Shown: piece by piece, positions 57,367 through 64,000 of the stretch
Layout: each line of letters begins with the position of its first letter
How positions within the stretch are numbered: position 1 is the first letter of the stretch
Assembly: GCA_964409245.1 (NCBI GenBank)
Contig: CAYPCQ010000017.1
Coordinates: forward strand, 21,765 to 85,764
Length of the DNA stretch: 64,000 bases
Direction: 5' to 3'
Origin: an uncultured Verrucomicrobiota bacterium
Lineage (GTDB): Bacteria; Verrucomicrobiota; Verrucomicrobiia; Limisphaerales; UBA1319
Notes under the pieces: generated by a model
Told to the model about the DNA's origin: nothing
Databases searched by the model: none
What the model saw: only the letters and a program-made list of their open reading frames with translations
Made by a program: the position numbers and the translations under genes

Positions 57367-60030
57367 TCAATACCGCGCTGAATTTTTCTTGAGCGCTTTG
57401 ACCGGGCCGTTGGTGGCCAGGCTGGGAGCTAGTGTTTCCAGCCGTTTTTTCAAATCATCCAATTCCTGGCGCAGGCTGGCATTCGCTTTTTGGATTTCTG
57501 AAATATCGCTGCGCACGTCCTGTAATGGGATGACGGGTTTCTGGTTGGAACGTAATTCAGACAAGGATTTTTGGGCAGCCTGGTATTCAGGGCTGGACTT
57601 GCCGGTTTTATTGAAGGTTTCCAGGGCCGGGATGGCTTTGGGATCCTTGAGGGTTCCCAAGGCGTTCAAGGCGGCGGTTTTGAGGTGTGTTTTGCCATTC
57701 AAAACCTGCTGGAGCAAGAACTCACGAATAGAATCCCGATTGTCTCTCAAACTGGCCAGAAAAGCCAGGGATTCCAAGGCCGAAGCATACTCCCAAGTGG
57801 GAAAATCAGCCGCCTGTTTCTGAAGATAATTGAACAATTCATCCACCACGGCGGGATCGCGCTGGCTGCGCATGGCCCGAATGGCGGCGCTGGCGACTGA
57901 ATTATGAAACGAAGGGGTCTGCAGATGTTTGCGAACCAATGACTGGGCTTCGCTTTGGCTGTAATGGCCCAGGGCGGAAATAATTTCCGCCAGGATATAA
58001 GGATTTTTTTCGGTTCCCGCCGCGGCCAGCAAGGCGGCCAAGGTTTTCTCCCGGTAAAATCCGCTGAGGGCGCGAAACACCGCCTGGCGGATCCGCGCAT
58101 CGGTCTGGTTGCGGGAATCCAGCAGGGCAGCCAACGCTTCGTCGGTATGGATCGTGGCCAAAGCGTTGGCCGCCGCGGTTTTGATGCCGTGGAAACCATC
58201 ACGGTTTAGGGCGGTTTTCAATTGGGCCACCGCTTCGTGATCCTGGCGGCGCGATAATTCTTCCACGGCCAGGAAACGTCCCACGACATCCTGCTGGTTG
58301 GTCATTTGGATCGTGATCATGGCGGCCGGCGGATGAAAGTTGATTTTGGCGAGCAAGGCCAGGTCGGGGTCGATTCGCACTAACGTGGGCGCCTCATTCA
58401 ATTTAAAATAGAAATCCTCGGCGGGCAGTTGAATTTCAATTTCGCGATCCACGCGTTCGTTTTTGATGTGAAAGCCGAGCTTGAGCGGAACTTGGAACAA
58501 CAAAACCTGCTCGCTGGTTTTTTGGACTTGTTTGACGGTGATTTTGGCCAGTTTGGCGCGTTCATCCCAGGCGTAGGCGATGTCCAGCTCCGGGTGGTGG
58601 GCATGGTAAACCCACTGGTCAAAAAAGCGGTCCATGGATTGGCCGGACAATTCTTCGATCACCTGCAGCAAATCCTCGGTGACGACCGAGCCATAGCGGT
58701 GACGTTCCAGGAAAGTTTTGATGCAGCGGCGATAGAGTGTTTCGCCCAATTGCGAGCGCAGCATGTGCAGCACCCAGGCCCCCTTTTGGTAGGACAATGC
58801 CCCGTAGCGCATGAACATGTCGTCCGGATGCTGGAAATCGCGGATGAAAATCGGTTTGCCATCGTTGGGTCGGCTCAATAATCCCTGGGCAGTATGGAAT
58901 AGGGAACTGCGGAAGGCATCGGAGCCATTCCTGGCCCCCTCATAAAGCATTTCGTAATAAGTGGCGAAGCCTTCGTTCAACCACAGGTGGGACCAATCCT
59001 TGCAGGTGACCAAATCACCAAACCATTGGTGCGCCATTTCGTGGGCTACCAAGCCTTCGCTCTCCGACAGGTTCTCGGTGTCGGCGGAAAAAAGCGTGCT
59101 GTCGGTCAGGGTGGTCATGGAGGTGTTTTCCATGCCGCCCGCTACGAAATCATTGACGCAGACCTGGTCATACCTGGCCCACGGGTAAGGCACGCCGATT
59201 TCTTTTTCAAAGAAAGCCATGATTTCGCGGGTGGAACGGAAAGAATTGGAAGCCTGGTTGAACGCGGAAGGCAGCGTATAAAAGGCCAGGGGGACATCCC
59301 GGTGCTGATCCTCCAATTTGCTGAAATGCCCCGCCACCAGCGAAATCAGATAATTGACATGGGGTTGGTCCTGCCGCCAGCGAAATACCATAAGCCCGGT
59401 AGGGGAGTCCAATTCCCGGGACAGCAAGCGGCCGTTGGACAAGGCAATCATATCCTGGGGGACACGGCAGGTGATTTCCGAGGTGAATTTTTCGTTGGGG
59501 TGATCAAAGCTGGGGTACCAGTAACGGGCCTCGATTGCTTCCCCCTGGGTAAAGAGGTGGGTGTCCCCCGTTTTGTATCCCATCTCCGGGGTGCGGAAAT
59601 AAAGCCCCCGGCTAGGCTGCGCCGCATAATGGATTTCAACCGAAGTGGCGGTGTCCACCGCGATCGGTTTGGCAAAAGTGACGACCAATTCCTGATCATC
59701 GTATTGCCATGCTTGGATCTTCGACGAAGCCACCACATTGGAGATCCATAAATTGACCGCGTTCAGGCGCATTTGGGTGAGCGGCCGGGCGATCGGCTTG
59801 AATTGGATAACGGTGCTGGCCCGGAGGGTCCGCTGCTTGAAATCGGGTGTCACATCGATCGCCAGGTTGAGGATATCGACTTTCCGATCAGGCACGTATT
59901 GGCGGGCGCCAGGGATTTTGCCGGCCGCTGGGTCATCACTGCCCAAGGCCGGGGGCATGAAACCGGATAAGGTGCAAAGCAAGGCGCAAGCCAGCGGCAG
60001 GCTGGCGCGGATGTTCAAGCAGCGTGTCAT
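57367..60030 (-). CDS. M1 family aminopeptidase with C-terminal HEAT-like repeats and coiled-coil tail
   Basis: GAMEN-like GGMEN, HEMAHQWFGDLVTCKDWSHLWLNEGFATY (HExxH-18-E). Start set at MTRCLNIR (reverse-strand ATG 60030-60028), which avoids overlap with the upstream gene. Confidence 0.9.
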   Translation of the reverse strand: MTRCLNIRASLPLACALLCTLSGFMPPALGSDDPAAGKIPGARQYVPDRKVDILNLAIDVTPDFKQRTLRASTVIQFKPIARPLTQMRLNAVNLWISNVVASSKIQAWQYDDQELVVTFAKPIAVDTATSVEIHYAAQPSRGLYFRTPEMGYKTGDTHLFTQGEAIEARYWYPSFDHPNEKFTSEITCRVPQDMIALSNGRLLSRELDSPTGLMVFRWRQDQPHVNYLISLVAGHFSKLEDQHRDVPLAFYTLPSAFNQASNSFRSTREIMAFFEKEIGVPYPWARYDQVCVNDFVAGGMENTSMTTLTDSTLFSADTENLSESEGLVAHEMAHQWFGDLVTCKDWSHLWLNEGFATYYEMLYEGARNGSDAFRSSLFHTAQGLLSRPNDGKPIFIRDFQHPDDMFMRYGALSYQKGAWVLHMLRSQLGETLYRRCIKTFLERHRYGSVVTEDLLQVIEELSGQSMDRFFDQWVYHAHHPELDIAYAWDERAKLAKITVKQVQKTSEQVLLFQVPLKLGFHIKNERVDREIEIQLPAEDFYFKLNEAPTLVRIDPDLALLAKINFHPPAAMITIQMTNQQDVVGRFLAVEELSRRQDHEAVAQLKTALNRDGFHGIKTAAANALATIHTDEALAALLDSRNQTDARIRQAVFRALSGFYREKTLAALLAAAGTEKNPYILAEIISALGHYSQSEAQSLVRKHLQTPSFHNSVASAAIRAMRSQRDPAVVDELFNYLQKQAADFPTWEYASALESLAFLASLRDNRDSIREFLLQQVLNGKTHLKTAALNALGTLKDPKAIPALETFNKTGKSSPEYQAAQKSLSELRSNQKPVIPLQDVRSDISEIQKANASLRQELDDLKKRLETLAPSLATNGPVKALKKNSARY

Positions 60031-60053
60031 ATATTCTTCGAGTTCACCGAGTT

Positions 60054-60749
60054 TCAGCCGATCAGCAGCGCGCAATTCCAAGCCAGGAATTCGCGCAGGA
60101 GCGGCACCTGCATCAGGAATGCGAACTCTGGATAATAACGGGGCGCCACCCGGATGATTTTCAATTGGGGATGGTTGCGGATCAATCGCAAAGTTTGGCC
60201 AATGTAAGTAGGGAAAAGGTTTTGGAAGGGGGTGTGTTTGCGCGGTTTGCGGACCAACCGATCATACACGCGGATGCCCAACTGCGGTCCCAGGTAGTGA
60301 AATGGGGAAAATTCGTGCCCGCCCCAGGGGGAAAGCCAGTTAGTCCAGCTCAGGTAAAAACGCCCGCCCGGCTTCAGGATGCCGGGGATGGATTCGATAA
60401 AACGCTCCGGCTTGGATAAATGCTCGTAAACGTTGGAACAGATGACCACATCATATTTGCCGAGGCGGGAAAGGTCATCCAAGTCAATATTGATGGGTTT
60501 GAAGACGGCCTTACTCAGGCCGGGATCGAGGTAGTTGCCTTCATCGGCAAACACCACCTGGCAACCGCGGCCGATCAGCTCCGCGCCAAAGATACCATGC
60601 CCGCAGCCCAAATCCAGAACGGTCAAGCCCCGGCTGAAAACCACCCCCTGCCGCTCCATCCATTGGATGGCATCCAAGGCTTGCAGCCGATAAAATCCGG
60701 CATCGTCCTGGTGCTTCAGGTGCTGGAGTATCAGTTTATGGATTATCAT
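60054..60749 (-). CDS. class I SAM-dependent methyltransferase
   Basis: VLDLGCGHGIFGAEL, DVVICSNVYEHL, LKPGGRFYLSWTN. Confidence 0.8.
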   Translation of the reverse strand: MIIHKLILQHLKHQDDAGFYRLQALDAIQWMERQGVVFSRGLTVLDLGCGHGIFGAELIGRGCQVVFADEGNYLDPGLSKAVFKPINIDLDDLSRLGKYDVVICSNVYEHLSKPERFIESIPGILKPGGRFYLSWTNWLSPWGGHEFSPFHYLGPQLGIRVYDRLVRKPRKHTPFQNLFPTYIGQTLRLIRNHPQLKIIRVAPRYYPEFAFLMQVPLLREFLAWNCALLIG

Positions 60750-60797
60750 GATCTTGGCGATACGATACGCGCACTTGGGCCGGTTCGGAAATCATAA

Positions 60798-62738
60798 TCA
60801 GCACTTTGGCGCGGGATCCAATCTCCGCAAGATGGCCTCCACATCATAGACACATCCTCCCCAAGTGCCCCCGCCCGCCTGCTGCAAGGCCGCCCATAAG
60901 CGGGTATCGGCCGGCAATTCCGGATTGGGCGACAACCCGGGATGGGGTGGGCGCCGGGATAATTTCTGCGCCCCCACCTCCGGGGTGAAACGCTCGCCGC
61001 CTTCGCCGATGAAATCCAAGCTTCCCTCCAGTTTGCGGGTGTCGATGGTGATGCGGATGAGATCCCCATCGCGCACTTTGCCCAGCGGGCCACCGGCAAG
61101 GGCTTCAGGCCCCACGTGGCCAATGCAGGCTCCGGTGGAAACCCCGCTGAAGCGGGCATCGGTGATCAAAGCTACTTCGCGGCCAAAAGGCAGATACTTC
61201 AAGGCGGAGGTCAGCTGGTAAGTTTCCTCCATCCCGGTGCCCAGGGGGCCGCAGCCGATCAGCACCAGGATATCCCCAGCCTTCACCCCACCTTGCTTCA
61301 GCGCGCGGATGGCTTCCCGTTCCTGGGTGAACACTTTGGCCGGACCCTCCCGCCGAAAAACACCAGCTTGATCCAGCAGGGCGGGATCGATGGCGGTGCT
61401 TTTCACCACCGAACCTTCCGGAGCCAGGTTCCCCCGCGGGAAAGTGACGGTGCTGCTGATTCCCCGCTGGCGGGCCTGGTCCGGGGAAAAGATGACTTCC
61501 TCCGCCTCGATGCCATCCAATTCTTTCAACAACTTCCGAAACCGGCGGCGTCTTTCAGACGTTTCCCATTCGTCCAAAACGGCGCCCAACGTTTTTCCTG
61601 AGACGGTCAAGACGGAGGTATCGAGGATGCCCTCCCGGCGCAAATGACGCATCACCTCCGGCACTCCGCCCGCCAGGAACACCCGGATGGTTGGGTGGTT
61701 TTGCGGGCCATTGGGCAGGGCATCCACCAGCCGGGGCACCCGCCGGTTTAGCTGGATCCAATCCTCAACCCCCGGCCGGGCCAGGCCTGCGGCATGGGCG
61801 ATGGCGGGAATGTGGAGCAGCAAATTGGTGGATCCGCCAAAGGCCGCATGGACCGCCATGGCATTGCGGATACTGGCCTGGGTCAAGATATCGCGTGTCT
61901 TAAGCCCCATTTTTTCGAGGGCCACCAGGCTTTGTGCCGAGCGGATGGCGGTGTCCACCCAGACCGCCTGGCCGGACGGCGCGAGGGCGGAGTGGGGGAG
62001 GGAAAGGCCCAGCGCTTCGCCGACCACCTGGGAGGTGGCGGCGGTGCCCAGGAATTGGCATCCCCCACCCGGGGTGGCGCAAGCGCGGCATCCCAGCTCC
62101 GCTGCTTCTGACAAAGAGATGGATCCGTGCGCAAAACGGGCTCCGATGGATTGGATTTTACCGGCATCCTCGCCTTTTTTCGGGGGCAAGGTGACGCCCC
62201 CGGGAACCAGAACGCAGGGAAGGTCATTCATTCCGGCCAGAGCCATCATCATCGCCGGTAATCCTTTGTCGCAGGTGCTGACGCCCAGCACCCCGGCCCG
62301 GGTGGGCAGGGAGCGGATCAGGCGCCGCAGGACCAGAGCCGCATCGTTGCGGTAGGGCAGGCTGTCAAACATGCCGGTTGTGCCTTGGGTGCGGCCGTCA
62401 CAGGGATCCGAGCAATAAGCCGCGAAAGGGATCGCCGCCAGGCGTTTAAACTCGCGCGCCGCCGCCTCCACCAGGAGGCCCAGCTCCCAATGGCCGGTGT
62501 GATAGCCCAAGGCGATAGGCTGGCCATCGGGTGCGCGCAAGCCGCCCAGCGTGCTGAGGATCAGGAATTGCTTATGCCCCAGGTCCGCGGGCTGCCACCC
62601 CATGCCGGCATTTTGGGTCATGCCAAACAATTCCCCGCTGGGGCGGTTGAGCAATAGCTCTCCGGTCAAAGGCAGTTGGCCTCCGGGACCGGGCGCCTGG
62701 CTGGTGATATCATAGATATCCATATTCGGATGCGACAC
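60798..62738 (-). CDS. IlvD/Edd-family dehydratase, YjhG/YagF-like (sugar-acid dehydratase)
   Basis: 646 aa. Contains [20 protein letters not shown], and [10 protein letters not shown] near the C-terminus. The length and N-terminus resemble the xylonate-dehydratase subgroup rather than canonical IlvD. Confidence 0.85.
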   Translation of the reverse strand: MSHPNMDIYDITSQAPGPGGQLPLTGELLLNRPSGELFGMTQNAGMGWQPADLGHKQFLILSTLGGLRAPDGQPIALGYHTGHWELGLLVEAAAREFKRLAAIPFAAYCSDPCDGRTQGTTGMFDSLPYRNDAALVLRRLIRSLPTRAGVLGVSTCDKGLPAMMMALAGMNDLPCVLVPGGVTLPPKKGEDAGKIQSIGARFAHGSISLSEAAELGCRACATPGGGCQFLGTAATSQVVGEALGLSLPHSALAPSGQAVWVDTAIRSAQSLVALEKMGLKTRDILTQASIRNAMAVHAAFGGSTNLLLHIPAIAHAAGLARPGVEDWIQLNRRVPRLVDALPNGPQNHPTIRVFLAGGVPEVMRHLRREGILDTSVLTVSGKTLGAVLDEWETSERRRRFRKLLKELDGIEAEEVIFSPDQARQRGISSTVTFPRGNLAPEGSVVKSTAIDPALLDQAGVFRREGPAKVFTQEREAIRALKQGGVKAGDILVLIGCGPLGTGMEETYQLTSALKYLPFGREVALITDARFSGVSTGACIGHVGPEALAGGPLGKVRDGDLIRITIDTRKLEGSLDFIGEGGERFTPEVGAQKLSRRPPHPGLSPNPELPADTRLWAALQQAGGGTWGGCVYDVEAILRRLDPAPKC

Positions 62739-62814
62739 TTATGGCCGTTTCAACAAACACGTTTACTTTTACGCAAATTGGGAAGCCCGCCAAAGGAAAA
62801 AGCGCGGCCAGCAC

Positions 62815-62829
62815 GCAATACTCTTGCCA
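62815..62829 (-). promoter_or_regulatory. sigma-54-like promoter candidate upstream of the IlvD/Edd-family gene
   Basis: The reverse strand reads TGGCAAGAGTATTGC (TGGCAa-N5-TTGC; GG/GC spacing correct, one mismatch). It lies about 75-90 nt upstream of the ATG at 62738. Confidence 0.4.
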
Positions 62830-62871
62830 AAGTGTTGCACTTGGGGCGAGGTAAACCAAGATGAACTGCGC

Positions 62872-63768
62872 ATGAACCGGCGAATATGTGTTATTTTTAA
62901 TCCCACCGCCAAAGGTGAGCGAGCCTTGCGGATGCGGCGATACTTGGATTCCATCGGAAAGCAATGCGAGCTGAAGCCCACGCCTGCCGCCGGCGCCGGG
63001 CGTGCGCTTGCGGCGCAGTCAGTAGCTGAAGGATTCGAGTCCATTGTGGCCGCAGGCGGCGATGGCACCGTCAATGAGGTGCTTAATGGCATTGGGGATG
63101 TCCCCCATGGGTTTGAGCGGGCGCGGCTGGGGGTTTTGCCGCTCGGGACGGTGAATGTGTATGCCCTGGAGCACCGCCTGCCGCGGTCCCTGCCCGAGGC
63201 TTGGGAAGTTATTTGTTCAGGTCAGGAGCGTTTAATTGATTTGCCGTATGCCGAATTTGAGGCTGATGGCGCCAGGATAAAGCGCTATTTTGCCCAACTG
63301 GCGGGCGCCGGATTTGATGCCCGGGCGACCGAAATGGTGAACTGGAACTTTAAAAAAATGGCGGGGTATGCCGCCTACGTGGTGGCGGTGGGCAAGGCCC
63401 TGTGGCAGGCCAAAAACCGGTTTACGGTTTCCATTGGCAGTGATCATTTCGCGGGAGAATTGGTGGTTTTCGGCAATGGGCGGTATTTTGGCGGGAGCCA
63501 CACCGTTTTTCCGGATGCCAGCCTGCGCGATGGCAAATTGGATGTTTGCATTTTCAGCAGAGTCAACTGGATGACGGCCTTGGAAACCTGCTGGCGTTTA
63601 GTTTGGAGGAAAATTCCCGTGGTTAAGGCAACGCATTACTTGCAGGCGGAAAAGGTGCAGGTGACCAGCCAGTTGCGAACGCCGGTGCAATTGGATGGAG
63701 AGCCGGTGGGCGTGGCGCCCGCCACGTTTGCGGTTGAGCCATCCCGGCTGCGCATCCTGGCTGGTTGA
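62872..63768 (+). CDS. diacylglycerol/lipid kinase family protein (YegS/DagK-like)
   Basis: MNRRICVIFNPTAKG, AAGGDGTVNEVLNG, LPLGTVN. Start at ATG 62872. Confidence 0.85.
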   Translation: MNRRICVIFNPTAKGERALRMRRYLDSIGKQCELKPTPAAGAGRALAAQSVAEGFESIVAAGGDGTVNEVLNGIGDVPHGFERARLGVLPLGTVNVYALEHRLPRSLPEAWEVICSGQERLIDLPYAEFEADGARIKRYFAQLAGAGFDARATEMVNWNFKKMAGYAAYVVAVGKALWQAKNRFTVSIGSDHFAGELVVFGNGRYFGGSHTVFPDASLRDGKLDVCIFSRVNWMTALETCWRLVWRKIPVVKATHYLQAEKVQVTSQLRTPVQLDGEPVGVAPATFAVEPSRLRILAG

Positions 63769-63782
63769 TCAAACCGGGTGTT

Positions 63783-63998
63783 TCACACCACCACGAGATT
63801 GTCCCGATGGATGACTTCAGTGCGGTTTTTTTTGCCAATTTGAATGTCCTTGGAGGCGATCTGCACAATGCCCCGGGCAAATTCGGTTCCGTCCAGATCG
63901 CAAAGCCGAACGATGTCATCGGCCTGGAAATCCCCTTCACAGCGGACAATGCCGGGGGCGAGCAGGCTTTTGCCATTGTCCCGCAGGGCTTTTTTAGC
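63783..63998 (-). CDS. proB: glutamate 5-kinase, C-terminal PUA domain (gene continues beyond right edge)
   Basis: Absent from the ORF track (no start in window). The reverse frame reads AKKALRDNGKSLLAPGIVRCEGDFQADDIVRLCDLDGTEFARGIVQIASKDIQIGKKNRTEVIHRDNLVVV*, matching the ProB PUA pattern GKSLLPxGI...G.F..G..V...HRD. Confidence 0.75.
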   Translation of the reverse strand, partial: AKKALRDNGKSLLAPGIVRCEGDFQADDIVRLCDLDGTEFARGIVQIASKDIQIGKKNRTEVIHRDNLVVV

Positions 63999-64000
63999 CC

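Noticed and set aside
63623-63976. 117-aa reverse-strand track ORF at the right edge
   Set aside because: It is out of frame relative to the proB PUA-domain reading frame (63783-63998), which gives a clear homology-like translation. It is a shadow ORF.
1-64000. Search for tRNA, rRNA, tmRNA, RNase P, SRP RNA, transposase/integrase and prophage genes
   Set aside because: I saw none of the conserved cores I can recognise by eye (T-loop GGTTCGAATCC-like, RNase P GAGGAAAGTCC, SRP GGAAGCAGCC). This is a weak negative, and covariance-model scans are needed.

Overview
This 64-kb chromosomal window is about 55-60% GC by hand spot counts. It probably comes from a PVC-superphylum bacterium, likely Verrucomicrobiota; the supporting clues are a DUF1559-type prepilin-like protein, Tat-signal enzymes, DUF5107, DUF1680/GH127 and BspA-like LRR proteins. 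All calls rest on motif recognition by eye, with no searches run.

Gene content:
- Housekeeping genes: pgk-tpiA-secG, der, rpoN, nth, and the 3' end of proB.
- Envelope and carbohydrate genes: an O-antigen-ligase-like protein, two GH127/DUF1680 paralogs, and other glycoside-hydrolase-like secreted proteins.
- Transport: an OppA/OppB pair, and an ABC-2 exporter with one ATPase and two permeases.
- A three-gene Tat-exported [NiFe]-hydrogenase operon.
- A VTC/DUF4956 pair, a fused membrane spermidine-synthase-like protein, and an M1 aminopeptidase with a HEAT tail.
- A clearly lower-GC two-gene insertion encoding a C5 cytosine methyltransferase and a putative PD-ExK restriction endonuclease.

No rRNA, tRNA, CRISPR array, transposase or integrase was recognised.

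Observations most worth a second look:
1. A full-consensus sigma-54 (-24/-12) promoter sits upstream of the hydrogenase operon, with two copies of a 7-3-7 palindrome in a very AT-rich divergent region.
2. The hydrogenase is unusually compact and has no partner, anchor or hyp genes nearby.
3. A roughly 750-bp AT-rich non-coding gap upstream of rpoN contains an orphan reverse-strand intrinsic terminator and internal direct repeats. It could be an sRNA, a leader, or a decayed insert.
4. The restriction-modification (R-M) island.
5. A near-perfect 138-bp tandem duplication lies inside the LRR surface-protein gene.

I did not find an unambiguous novel multi-gene system. The candidates above are hypotheses.
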